A DNA stretch of 62,474 nt, filler included. It is 4 parts of 4 records of this genome, joined end to end, with 100 filler letters (N's around TTAATTAATTAA, not from the genome) between each part and the next. Parts side by side here need not be neighbours in the genome. Positions count along the whole stretch, not along the records: positions 15,504 to 45,001 come from DRR723986_605; positions 45,102 to 54,878 come from DRR723986_606; 2 more parts are not named here. One strand, written 5' to 3'. A program made the translations under genes and the position numbers. Every line of letters begins with the position of its first letter. The first letter of the stretch is position 1. Shown in pieces: positions 40,756 through 51,230 of this stretch. The notes below the pieces were generated by a model. That model saw only the letters and a program-made list of their open reading frames with translations, made no database searches and had not been told where the DNA came from.

Positions 40756-41644
40756 ACCCCAGGCTTTGTAGCAGGGTCGCGTTGTCAGCCCATCCGCTGC
40801 GCACCTTCACCCAAGTTTCAAGATGCACGCTGCCACCGAACAATCGCTCCATGTCCTGCCGCGCTTCCGAGCCGATTCTCTTCAGTTTTTCTCCACCCTT
40901 GCCAATAATCATCGCCTTGTGAGAGGAGCGATCCACCAGAATCGAAGCATAGATAACCCGGCGACCTTCTTGAATCTCAAATTTATCAATGACCACCGTG
41001 CAGGTATAAGGCAACTCATCGCCCACCAGACGAAACAGCTTCTCGCGAATGCGCTCAGCAGCAAGAAACTTTTCAGGACGGTCTGTGAGAGTGTCTTCGT
41101 CGTAAAAAAAAGGCTGCTCGGGCAACAAGGCTGACACAGCTTCTTTTAGCGCATCCAGATTCTTGATGGCTTGCGCACTCAACGGCACGATGGCATCAAA
41201 ATTACGTTGCCCACTGACCTTTTGAAGAAAAGGCAACATCTCGGCTTTCTTGTCGAGCAAATCCACCTTGTTCACCACCGCCACCAACGGTACACCCTTG
41301 GGGCAGAGCTCAAGCACTTTCAAGTCAGCCGGCGTGAGTTTGCCTTGCTCAATTACCCATAAAATGACATTCACATCGGCCAGCGCAGTAAGCACCGCTC
41401 GGTTCATGGTTTTATTCAGGGCGTTTGAATGCTTGGTTTGAAAGCCGGGGGTGTCCACAAAAATAAATTGGGTTGGCACGTCCTTGACGGTCTCAGTCAT
41501 CACGCCGAGAACCCGGTGACGGGTAGTCTGTGGCTTGCTGGATGTAATCGACAAATGTTCGCCGATCATTCCATTCATGAGCGTGGACTTACCCACATTG
41601 GGTCGCCCCACCACGGCAATCACGCCGCATTTTGATTCGGCCAT
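40748..41644 (-). CDS. era: GTPase Era
   Basis: GRPNVGKST, PQTTR, DTPG, NKVD, IIGKGG KH domain. Confidence 0.97.
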   Translation of the reverse strand: MAESKCGVIAVVGRPNVGKSTLMNGMIGEHLSITSSKPQTTRHRVLGVMTETVKDVPTQFIFVDTPGFQTKHSNALNKTMNRAVLTALADVNVILWVIEQGKLTPADLKVLELCPKGVPLVAVVNKVDLLDKKAEMLPFLQKVSGQRNFDAIVPLSAQAIKNLDALKEAVSALLPEQPFFYDEDTLTDRPEKFLAAERIREKLFRLVGDELPYTCTVVIDKFEIQEGRRVIYASILVDRSSHKAMIIGKGGEKLKRIGSEARQDMERLFGGSVHLETWVKVRSGWADNATLLQSLGYE

Positions 41645-41645
41645 G

Positions 41646-42362
41646 TCATTGCCTCCTGCTGGCTTGATTGGGATCAGAATACTCCCGTTCAAGCAATTCG
41701 ATAAGCACCGCTTGCGCGGCGTGCTGCTCAGCCACCCGGCGAGAATGCCCCTGCCCGACCTTGGTAATTTCAAGGTCTTCAACCTCGCATTCCACACTGA
41801 ACTCGGGACTGGCCGAAGTTCCACCCTCGACCAATACGCGGTACATGGGCAGTTTCATGCGCTTACCCTGCAGCAATTCCTGCAGGCGGGTTTTGGGGTC
41901 TTTACCCATGGACTCGATTGGAGTTTCAAGCATCACGGGCTTTAACAAACGCACCACGCAATCGCGTGCGGCCTCAAAGCCCGAATCCAGGAGGATGGCA
42001 CCAAAAAGTGCCTCTAGCGCGTCTGCCACAATGCTGTCTTTGATGGTTTTCGCACTGCGAAGCTCGCCAGCACCCAGAAACAAATATTGATCCAGCAACA
42101 GATTGCGACCCACCATGGCCAAGCAGTCCTGTTTGACCAGATGCGAGCGCACACGCGACATTTTGCCCTCATCCATGTCGGGATGCGTTTCAAACAACAA
42201 AATGGAAGCCGCGCAGTTCAGTACACTGTCACCCAGAAATTCCAGACGCTCGTTGTGATGGCTGCTGTAGCTGCGATGTGTCAAGGCAAGGTGAAGCAAG
42301 GCCTGGTCTTTGAACGAGTACCCCAATGCCGCTTCAAGACTTGAATACTTTGAACTATCCAC
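41646..42362 (-). CDS. rnc: ribonuclease III
   Basis: ALTHRS, NERLEFLGDS, DPKTRLQE dsRBD. Confidence 0.97.
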   Translation of the reverse strand: MDSSKYSSLEAALGYSFKDQALLHLALTHRSYSSHHNERLEFLGDSVLNCAASILLFETHPDMDEGKMSRVRSHLVKQDCLAMVGRNLLLDQYLFLGAGELRSAKTIKDSIVADALEALFGAILLDSGFEAARDCVVRLLKPVMLETPIESMGKDPKTRLQELLQGKRMKLPMYRVLVEGGTSASPEFSVECEVEDLEITKVGQGHSRRVAEQHAAQAVLIELLEREYSDPNQASRRQ

Positions 42363-42382
42363 TCAATTCCTCCTGGCTGGCT

Positions 42383-43249
42383 TTAGTGAAACAAGCCAAT
42401 TCGGGAAAAGTCATTGAAGTTCATCCACACCAAAAACGCTTTGCCAACAACCTGCTCATCGGACACAAAACCCCAAATGCGACTGTCGCTGGAATTGTCC
42501 CGATTGTCACCCATCATAAAGTAATGCCCCTGTGGCACCACACAACGAAAGCCAGTCACGTCGTACTTGCAGTTGTCCCGATTCTTGAAAGTCTGCGCGC
42601 CAATCACGTACGGCGGCGCGTCTTCATCATTGAGCACCAGGTGTTTTTTGCCACCCAAGGTTTCCTGAAACTGCAGTGAATAAGAGAAGTTATTGGGATC
42701 GTAGTACTTGTCCAGTTCTTTCACCGGCAGAACTTGACCATTAATCGACAGCTTCTTGTTTCGATATTCGACCACGTCACCACCCACGCCCACCACACGC
42801 TTGATGTAGTCAAGCGAGGGATCAAGCGGGTAACGAAACACCATGACATCGCCACGCTGAGGATCATTGATTGGAATGATCTTTTTATCGACGATGGGCA
42901 AACGAATGCCGTAGGTGAATTTGTTCACCAGAATAAGGTCGCCAATCAGCAACGTCGGAATCATCGATCCTGATGGAATTTTGAACGGCTCCACTACAAA
43001 CGAGCGCAACACAAATACAAACAAAATGACTGGAAAAAAGCTTGCACTGTATTCCAGCCACAGGGGCTGCTTCATGTACTGCTGGCGAATTCGCCTTTCT
43101 GCATCACCATTCAGGTTGGCAGTGGCACCTGCACCCGCCAAGGCTTGCTCTGCTGCCATTTTTCGTTTTGGCTTGAACACAAACACATCAAGCACATAGA
43201 AAAAGCCGGTGAACAACACCAGCAAAAACAGGATCAGGGAAAAATTCAT
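42383..43249 (-). CDS. lepB: signal peptidase I
   Basis: IPSGSM, DYIKRVVG, GDNRDNSSDSR. Confidence 0.97.
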   Translation of the reverse strand: MNFSLILFLLVLFTGFFYVLDVFVFKPKRKMAAEQALAGAGATANLNGDAERRIRQQYMKQPLWLEYSASFFPVILFVFVLRSFVVEPFKIPSGSMIPTLLIGDLILVNKFTYGIRLPIVDKKIIPINDPQRGDVMVFRYPLDPSLDYIKRVVGVGGDVVEYRNKKLSINGQVLPVKELDKYYDPNNFSYSLQFQETLGGKKHLVLNDEDAPPYVIGAQTFKNRDNCKYDVTGFRCVVPQGHYFMMGDNRDNSSDSRIWGFVSDEQVVGKAFLVWMNFNDFSRIGLFH

Positions 43250-43251
43250 TG

Positions 43252-45001
43252 TTATTTGTCTTCCACTTGGAGAATGGCCAAAAACGCCTCTTGCGGAATT
43301 TCCACGTTACCGACCTGCTTCATGCGTTTCTTGCCTGCCTTCTGCTTTTCCAACAGCTTTTTCTTGCGTGAAATATCTCCGCCGTAACACTTGGCCAACA
43401 CGTTTTTACGCAAGGCTTTCACAGTTTCACGGGCAATAATATTGGCGCCGATCGCCGCTTGAATTGCCACGTCAAACATTTGACGAGAAATGATTTCCCG
43501 CATTTTGCCTGCCACTGCACGGCCACGGTAAACCGCATTGCTTCGGTGAACCATAATCGACAAGGCATCCACTTTCTCACCGTTAATCAACATGTCCACT
43601 TTCACAATGTCTGCTGGCCTGTATTCCTTGAAGGAATAGTCCATGGACGCATAGCCACGCGAAGTCGATTTCAGTTTGTCGAAAAAGTCGAGAACGATCT
43701 CAGCCATCGGCATCTCAAATGTGATGCGTACCTGCCGACCGTGGTAAACCATGTTGGTTTGCGTACCACGCCGCCCCGTACACAGCGTCATCACCGACCC
43801 CACATACTCCTGTGGCATCAGCAAATTCACGGTCACAATCGGTTCACGAATTTCATCAACGCGGCTCAGATCAGGCATTTTCGATGGATTGTCCACACGA
43901 AGAATGGTGCCATCTCGCTGCTTGATTTCGTACACCACCGTGGGAGCAGTGGTAATCAAGTCCATGTCAAATTCGCGTTCCAGGCGCTCCTGCACAATGT
44001 CCATGTGCAACATGCCCAAAAAGCCGCAGCGGAAACCAAAACCCAAGGCCTGAGACACTTCGGGTTCGTAATTCAGGGCCGCATCGTTCAAACGCAGTTT
44101 GTCCAAGGCCTCCCGCAAGGCTTCATATTGATTTGATTCCACAGGGAACAAGCCAGCAAACACCTGAGACTGCACTTCCTTGAAACCTGGCAGGGGTTTG
44201 TCAGCAGGCTTGCCGGCCAAGGTCACTGTGTCGCCCACTTTGGCACTTTCAAGCAATTTGATGCCTGCGTTGATATAGCCCACTTCACCCGCTGATAGCG
44301 ATTCACGCGCAACTGACTTGGGTGTAAATACGCCCACATCGTCTGCAATGTAGGTGTCGCCTGTGGCCATCAGCTTGATTTTGTCTTTGCGGTTGAGCAC
44401 ACCATTGATTACTCGAACCAGCATCACCACACCGACATAATTGTCAAACCAACTATCAATGATCAAGGCTTGTAGAGGGGCATCGCGACTGCCGCGAGCG
44501 GGTGGCACCTTGTTGACGATCAGCTCAAGCACATCATCAACACCCAGACCGGTTTTGGCTGAAATGGCGATGGCCTCTGATGCGTCAATGCCGATTACAT
44601 CTTCAATTTCGGACTTGGCATTTTCAGGATCAGCTTGTGGCAAATCAATTTTATTCAACACGGGCAACACTTCGACACCGAGGTCCAACGCCGTGTAGCA
44701 ATTGGCCACGGTTTGAGCCTCCACCCCCTGTGAAGCATCAACAACCAGCAAGGCACCCTCACAAGCAGACAAGGAGCGACTTACTTCGTAAGAAAAGTCA
44801 ACGTGCCCCGGTGTGTCAATCAAATTAAGCAAATAGGTGTTGCCGTCTTTGGCTTTGTAGGTGAGCGCGGCTGTTTGCGCTTTAATCGTGATGCCACGCT
44901 CTCGCTCGATATCCATCGAATCAAGCACTTGAGAATCCATTTCCCGATCACTTAGACCACCGCATTTTTGAATCAAGCGATCGGCAAGCGTGGATTTCCC
45001 G
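43252..45001 (-). CDS. lepA: elongation factor 4 (5' end truncated by contig end)
   Basis: GKSTLADRL at contig edge, [26 protein letters not shown]. Confidence 0.97.
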
Positions 45002-45101
45002 NNNNNNNNNNNNNNNNNNNNNNNNNNNNNNNNNNNNNNNNNNNNTTAATTAATTAANNNNNNNNNNNNNNNNNNNNNNNNNNNNNNNNNNNNNNNNNNN
45101 N
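45002..45101. other. artificial contig spacer
   Basis: 44 N + TTAATTAATTAA + 44 N. Confidence 0.98.
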
Positions 45102-46178
45102 CAGGCGCAGGAACGGCGCATCTTCCGGGGACGGCGTCGGTTTGCCGGCGACATCGTGCACCTGAATGCCCAGAAAATGCCCTATGCCATGGGGAAAGAA
45201 CGCCCGGGTGATGCCCTGCTCCACCATGGCTTCATCCGCTAAACCGGACACCAGCCCCGAAGCTGATAGCAGGGCCGCAATGCCCAGGTGAGCCTTGCGG
45301 TGAATGTCCACGTAGTCCACGCCGGGCGACACCATCTCGCACAGCCGCAGCTGCAGTTTCTCCAGCCCGTGAACCAGCGCGGTGAATCTCGGCTCATCCG
45401 GCCCGGCGGTGGTGCGGGTTATATCCGAACAGTAGCCACGGTAGCGCACCCCGGCATCAATCAGCAGACTGCGGGGCCGGCGGGGTGGCTGCAGGTCGTA
45501 GTACTGGTAGTGCAGTGTGCCGGCATGTTCGTTCAAACCGATGATGCTGTGATAGGGTGCCTCCACTTCCCGCTGGCCGGTGGCCTGCTGGTAGGCGAGA
45601 CTGATACCGAATTCGCTGTCGCCGGCCAGAAACGCCTCTCTGGCCGCCCTGTGACCGGCCAGGGCAATCCGGTTAGCGTGTGCCAGGCATTCAATTTCGT
45701 ACGGAGTTTTGTGCACGCGGGTTTCTTCCACGGCTGCCACCAGTGCCGCCGGGTTATGATCTCCCGGCACGCCTTCCAGCACCAGCGGATCACCGATTAT
45801 CGCCAGCCTCCCCGGGCTATCTAGCTCCGGGGCGCCAGCCTGCTGCCGGCTGCGAACGTCTACAACCTCCAGCCAGGGCTCTTCAGCCATCACCGGGTTG
45901 GCGTGCCAGAAGTCCACCGGCTGGTATAGCCAGAGCACCGGTTTCTGGCCGGGCCGAACCAACAGCCAGCTGTGCTCCTGGCCAGCCAGCCCGGTCCAGT
46001 GCAGAAACGGGCCGAAGCCCTGGAATACATAGGCCTGATCATCCCGATACCGGTAGGGCGCCGCGCCCGAGGCAATCAGCAGGCTGTCATAACCGTGGTC
46101 AGCCATGGCCCGTTCGTACCGGTTCTGCAGCTCACGGATATGGGCAGGCTGCAAGTCGAGGATGTCGTGATTTGGCAT
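45102..46178 (-). CDS. pepQ: Xaa-Pro dipeptidase (3' end truncated)
   Basis: P.DFWH, LIDAG...GYCSDITRT, FFPHGIGHFLGIQVHDV. Confidence 0.92.
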
Positions 46179-46179
46179 A

Positions 46180-47085
46180 TCAGGTTTCCAGTTGTTTCCA
46201 GAGATTCAGTATGTCGTCTGAGCGGGCGTCACTCAGGCGGATCATACGTATTTCCAGCGGTACGTCCCAGCGCTCATCACCAGCCCGTACCAGGCGACCG
46301 AACTGTTCGCTTTTTTCCGTCATCCGCTTGGGCAGCCAGCCCATGCCGAAGCCCTGTTTGACCAGGGCCTTGATGCTCGCGGACTGGGTATTCTCGTTCA
46401 GTGGCAAAAGATTCGCCGGCAGCTTGCCGCGTTGCAGATGCCCGTCGATAGCCGACTGCAAAAAACCACGGCTGTGGTAGGCAATCAGGGGCACAGGCTG
46501 TTCATCAGTGCCTGGCAACCGGTAACGGGGCTCGCCCTGCTCATTGGCGATACTGACCGGCACCAGTGCTTCCCTGCCGATCGTCTGCCACTGAAACTTG
46601 TCACTGGCCAGGCGATCTCCCCAGGGCAAATCCGGGTGCCAGTAACACAACACCAGGTCACATTCGCCGCTTTCCAGGGCATCCAGAAACTGCTCCCCCA
46701 CCCAGTTGGTGGCGGTCAGGTTCAGCTGAAGGCGCTCGGCAATGCCCATCTCCGTCGCCCAACCCTGATAAAAATGTGAAAACAGCCCCTGAGTAGAACC
46801 AACGCTGATGCGGGCAGACGCTTCCGCATCCAGAGCGGCTATCCGGTCCCGGGTGTCCCGGACCTCCCGGGTGATGCGTTCACACAGTTCCTGAAACACT
46901 TCTCCGGCCGGGGTCAGGGACAATGGCAGAGTCTGCCGATTGATCAGGGTGGTGCCCATGGATTCCTCCAGCAGCTTGATGCGCCGGCTGAACGTAGGCT
47001 GGCTCACGTGCTGCTGTTCGGCAGCCCGTGAGAAGTGGCGCGTGCGGGCAAGCGCCAGAAAGTCTTCCAGCCAGCGTATTTCCAT
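46180..47085 (-). CDS. LysR family transcriptional regulator
   Basis: WLEDFLAL..HFSRAA...SQPTFSRRIK.LE HTH. Confidence 0.95.
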   Translation of the reverse strand: MEIRWLEDFLALARTRHFSRAAEQQHVSQPTFSRRIKLLEESMGTTLINRQTLPLSLTPAGEVFQELCERITREVRDTRDRIAALDAEASARISVGSTQGLFSHFYQGWATEMGIAERLQLNLTATNWVGEQFLDALESGECDLVLCYWHPDLPWGDRLASDKFQWQTIGREALVPVSIANEQGEPRYRLPGTDEQPVPLIAYHSRGFLQSAIDGHLQRGKLPANLLPLNENTQSASIKALVKQGFGMGWLPKRMTEKSEQFGRLVRAGDERWDVPLEIRMIRLSDARSDDILNLWKQLET

Positions 47086-47160
47086 GGGAACCCCTGAGGT
47101 TTGGCAATGATCACAACCGGTACGTTGCTGCAGGCATGATAGCCTATGCGCGCCCGGCCG

Positions 47161-48171
47161 TTACAAACGCCCTTCCTCAACGGCGTGACAGGCCACCTGC
47201 GCCCCGCCGTCGGTGGCGATCAGCTGTGGAACTTCCTGCCGGCAACGCTCATTGGCATAGGGGCAGCGGCCGTGGAACACGCACCCCGAGGGCAGATTCA
47301 CCGGCGTGGGCACCTCGCCCTGAAGGCGAATGTGATTGGGCCGGTCATCCTCGAGTTTCGGGATGGCCGACAGCAACGCCTGGGTATAGGGATGCCGGGG
47401 CATGGCGAACAGGGTTTTGGTGTCTGCCAGCTCACACACCCGGCCCAGGTACATGACGGCCACCCGGGTACCGAAGTGTTCTACCACCGCGAGATCGTGG
47501 GTAATGAACAGGTAGGTCAGACCACGGCTTTCCTGGGCATCCATCAACAGATTCAGCACCTGGGCCTGGATAGACACATCCAGGGCCGAGATGGGCTCAT
47601 CGGCAACGATAAATTCCGGGTCCACCGCCAAGGCGCGGGCAATGGCAATCCGCTGGCGCTGACCACCGGAAAACTCGTGGCCAAAGCGACTGCCCCAGTC
47701 CGGGTCGATACCCACCGAATGCATCACTTCGTGAATCTTGTCCCGCACCTGAACCGGGGACCAGTCCGGATGGTGGAAACGGATCGGCTCTTCCAGGGTC
47801 TGCTGAATCGTCATTCGCGGATTCAGGGAAGCATAGGGATTCTGGAAGATCATCTGCATCTTGCGGCGGTAGGGCAGCGCAGCCTTACCTTCCAGATTAT
47901 CAATCCGCTGGCCGCCATAGTGGATCTCTCCAGCGCTCGGCGAGAGCAACCCCATCACGGTGCGGGCAACGGTGGATTTGCCACAACCGGACTCACCGAC
48001 CACACACAGGGCCTCGCCCTTCTGCACCTCCAGGTTCACACCGTTGATGGCGTGCACCGCTTCCTGTTTACGGCGCAAACGCCCACCTTCAAACCGGAGC
48101 TGCTCAAGGAAGCTGCCGGACAGATCAAAACGTTTTTCCAGACCGCGGATACTTACCAGAGGGGAGGTCAT
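47161..48171 (-). CDS. peptide ABC transporter ATP-binding protein (DppF/OppF)
   Basis: GESGCGKST, FSGGQRQR, HPYT, GC.FH.RC. Confidence 0.93.
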   Translation of the reverse strand: MTSPLVSIRGLEKRFDLSGSFLEQLRFEGGRLRRKQEAVHAINGVNLEVQKGEALCVVGESGCGKSTVARTVMGLLSPSAGEIHYGGQRIDNLEGKAALPYRRKMQMIFQNPYASLNPRMTIQQTLEEPIRFHHPDWSPVQVRDKIHEVMHSVGIDPDWGSRFGHEFSGGQRQRIAIARALAVDPEFIVADEPISALDVSIQAQVLNLLMDAQESRGLTYLFITHDLAVVEHFGTRVAVMYLGRVCELADTKTLFAMPRHPYTQALLSAIPKLEDDRPNHIRLQGEVPTPVNLPSGCVFHGRCPYANERCRQEVPQLIATDGGAQVACHAVEEGRL

Positions 48172-49166
48172 GATTCGGCCTCCTGCATGCGTTTCTCCTG
48201 CTCAATCAGGTTGGCAACTTCGTAACAGGCGACGTCAACGTTGCCGGAACGCACATATTCCGGCATGGCGCGCTTGCACTGGTCGGTGGCGAAGTTACAG
48301 CGGGGATGGAACGGACAACCCGAAGGCACATTCTTCAGGGATGGCATGGAGCCAGGTATCTGGAACAGCCGCGCACCCGGTTCACCCATCTGGGGCAGCG
48401 CGTTGATCAGCCCCTGGGTGTAGGGATGCTGGGCATCATTGATGATTTCCCGGGTCGGGCCCTGTTCGATGATCCGGCCGGAGTACATGACCAGCATGCG
48501 CTGGGTCACCTGCGAGACCACCCCGAGATCGTGGGTGATCAGCATCAGCGCCACGTTTTCCTGCTCACACAGGTTCAGCAGCAGGTCCATGATCTCGGCC
48601 TGGATGGTCACATCCAGGGCGGTCGTGGGCTCATCGGCAATAATGATTTCCGGTTCCAACAGCAGGGCGATGGCAATGATCACTCGCTGGCGCATGCCCC
48701 CCGACAATTCATGGGGATACTGGTCCAGCCGCTTTTCCGGCGAGGGAATCTGCACTTTCTGCAGGCGATCCAGAGCAATGGCCCTCGCCTCTTTCTTGCT
48801 GATCTTCCGGTGTGCCAGGATCGCCTCCACCATCTGGGTGCCGATGGTGAGCACCGGGTTCAGGGTCATCATCGGATCCTGGAAAATCATGGCGATGCGG
48901 TTGCCACGGATTTTGCGCAGCTCCCGCTCGCTCATGGCGGCCAGATCTTTGCCTTCAAACAGAATCTGGCCACCGGCGATATAACCGGGCTTGGCAATCA
49001 GGTTCAGGATAGAGAAGGCCGCCACTGATTTGCCGGCACCGGATTCACCCACCAGGCCCAGCCGCTCGCCCTTGTCCAGGCTGAAACTAATACGACGCAG
49101 GGCGGTCAGATCGCCACCGCGCACCGCGAAACGTACATCCAGGTTTTTCACTTCCAACAGTGCCAT
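48168..49166 (-). CDS. peptide ABC transporter ATP-binding protein (DppD/OppD)
   Basis: GESGAGKS, YPHELSGGMRQR, DEPTTALDV. Confidence 0.93.
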   Translation of the reverse strand: MALLEVKNLDVRFAVRGGDLTALRRISFSLDKGERLGLVGESGAGKSVAAFSILNLIAKPGYIAGGQILFEGKDLAAMSERELRKIRGNRIAMIFQDPMMTLNPVLTIGTQMVEAILAHRKISKKEARAIALDRLQKVQIPSPEKRLDQYPHELSGGMRQRVIIAIALLLEPEIIIADEPTTALDVTIQAEIMDLLLNLCEQENVALMLITHDLGVVSQVTQRMLVMYSGRIIEQGPTREIINDAQHPYTQGLINALPQMGEPGARLFQIPGSMPSLKNVPSGCPFHPRCNFATDQCKRAMPEYVRSGNVDVACYEVANLIEQEKRMQEAES

Positions 49167-49170
49167 GGTG

Positions 49171-50103
49171 TTACCCCTTATACAGCCGTGGGTTCATCAC
49201 ATCCCGCAACCAGTCACCCAACAGATTGATGACCAGCACGAGCACCACCAGCACCAGGCCGGGGATCAGGGTGATCCACCAGGAACCGCTCTGGATGTAG
49301 TCAAAACCGGATTTGATCAACGAACCCAGTGACGGCTGGGTTTCCGGCATGCCAAGGCCGAGGAACGACAGCGCCGCTTCGGAGATAATGGCATTGGCAA
49401 TCTGTACCGTGGCAATCACAAAAATGGGCGACAGGGTATTGGGCAGGATGTGCCGGAACATGATGCGTGGCGTACCGAACCCCATCACCTTGGCCGCGTC
49501 CACATACTCCTTTTTCTTCTCCGCCAGCACCGAGGCCCGCACGGTACGGGCAATCTGCGGCCATTCCGCCACGCCGATGATGAAGATCAGCATGTAGATG
49601 GCAATCTCACCGAACATCAGGTTGCCAAAACTGGCCTTGAACACCGCGCCGACAATGATCGCCACCATCAGGGTAGAGAACGACAGCTGCACGTCGGCAA
49701 TGCGCATCAGGATGGCATCAACCTTACCGCCCAGATAGCCGGCCAGCAGGCCAAACAGGATACCCAGCGCCGCCTGCAACACCACGGCACCAAAGCCAAT
49801 CATCAGCGACACCCGGGTGCCGTAAAGTATGGTGGAGAGCAGATCCCGGCCCTGGGCATCCGTTCCCAGCGGGAACGCGGGATCAGCGCCGTCCAGGCCC
49901 ACCGGTGGAAGCTCGGAGTTCATGATGTTGATCTGCGCCAGATCATAGGGATCGGCGGGCGCCAGCCAGGGCGCAAACACCGCCGCCAGCACCATGGCCA
50001 GCAGTACCAGAAAGCTCGCAATCGCTACCTTGTCACGTTTGAAGCTGTACCAGAAAAAGGACTCGCGGAAGCGGTCCCAGCGGGAAACCGTTGCCGTTGT
50101 CAT
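49171..50103 (-). CDS. peptide ABC transporter permease (DppC/OppC)
   Basis: LGTD.QGRD, EYVDAA..G, EAALSFLGLG. Confidence 0.93.
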   Translation of the reverse strand: MTTATVSRWDRFRESFFWYSFKRDKVAIASFLVLLAMVLAAVFAPWLAPADPYDLAQINIMNSELPPVGLDGADPAFPLGTDAQGRDLLSTILYGTRVSLMIGFGAVVLQAALGILFGLLAGYLGGKVDAILMRIADVQLSFSTLMVAIIVGAVFKASFGNLMFGEIAIYMLIFIIGVAEWPQIARTVRASVLAEKKKEYVDAAKVMGFGTPRIMFRHILPNTLSPIFVIATVQIANAIISEAALSFLGLGMPETQPSLGSLIKSGFDYIQSGSWWITLIPGLVLVVLVLVINLLGDWLRDVMNPRLYKG

Positions 50104-51149
50104 GCTTTCTTACCTGTCAGTTTGACGGTGGGATTGACCAGTCCGTAGATCAGGTCCACCAGTGTGTTGGTCACCACAAAGATCAGGCCCACTACCATCA
50201 GGTAAGCCACAATCAGGGGAATATCGCTGCGGGTGATGGCCTCCAGGAACATCAGGCCCAGACCCGGCCACTGAAACACCGTCTCGGTCAGGATGGTGTA
50301 GGCCACCATAATGCCGATCTGTACGCCACCCACGGTAATCACCGGCAGCATGGTGTTCTTCAGGGCATGCAGGAAATTGATACGGCCCGCGCTCAAACCC
50401 TTGGCCCGGGCATAGCGGATGTAATCGCTTTGCAGAACCTCCATCATCTCTGCCCGGATCAGGCGGATAAACAGAGGCAGCATAATGGACGCCAGCGACA
50501 CGCAGGGCAGCACCAGATGGGCCAGGCCTTCGCTGGTAAACAGGCCGGATTCCCAGGTGCCGAACAGGTGCACCAGGTCATCACCACGGCCATAGGACGG
50601 CAGCCCACCTTCGGTGGTAAAGAAATCGTTGAGCCACTGGCCCCAACCGGTATCGGCCGGAAACCAGTTGACCGTCACACCAATGGAGAACAACTGAATC
50701 AGAACAATGGCCGTGAGAAACACCGGTATGGAAATACCGACCGTACTCACGCCCATGAAGAATTTGGACAGCCAGGCCTGGGGCCGGATGGCGGCGTACA
50801 CGCCAATGGGGACCGACAGGAAGATGATGATCAGACTGGCGCCGATCACCAGTTCCAGGGTGGCTGGCAGATGTTCGGCAATCACTTCCAGCGCCGGCTT
50901 GCTGTAAAAATAGGAATTGCCCAGGTCGCCCTGTATGGCATTACCCGCAAACCGCAGGTACTGGACCAGGAAGGGGTCGTTCAGCCCCAGCTCCTCACGA
51001 ATGGCTTCCCGCTCTTCGGCAGAGACGGACATGCCCACCATTTCCTGAAGCGGGTCCCCGAGGCCATCCTGAATGGCAAAGGCGATGATGCTGATCACAA
51101 ACATGACCAGCAGCGCCTGGGATATCCGCTGAACCAAAAACGCTAGCAT
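50100..51149 (-). CDS. peptide ABC transporter permease (DppB/OppB)
   Basis: LPATLEL, DYIRYARAKGL, ETVFQWPGLG. Confidence 0.93.
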   Translation of the reverse strand: MLAFLVQRISQALLVMFVISIIAFAIQDGLGDPLQEMVGMSVSAEEREAIREELGLNDPFLVQYLRFAGNAIQGDLGNSYFYSKPALEVIAEHLPATLELVIGASLIIIFLSVPIGVYAAIRPQAWLSKFFMGVSTVGISIPVFLTAIVLIQLFSIGVTVNWFPADTGWGQWLNDFFTTEGGLPSYGRGDDLVHLFGTWESGLFTSEGLAHLVLPCVSLASIMLPLFIRLIRAEMMEVLQSDYIRYARAKGLSAGRINFLHALKNTMLPVITVGGVQIGIMVAYTILTETVFQWPGLGLMFLEAITRSDIPLIVAYLMVVGLIFVVTNTLVDLIYGLVNPTVKLTGKKA

Positions 51150-51180
51150 GAAGGATTTACCGTTGATGAATACGTGAAAG

Positions 51181-51205
51181 CCTCTCTCCCGCACCGGGAG
51201 AGAGG
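51181..51205 (-). terminator. hairpin between binding-protein and permease genes
   Basis: CCTCTCTCCC-gcacc-GGGAGAGAGG 10-bp stem followed by CTTT on the minus strand. Confidence 0.65.
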
Positions 51206-51230
51206 TTGGGTCTCAGGGAGCACGCTCCCC

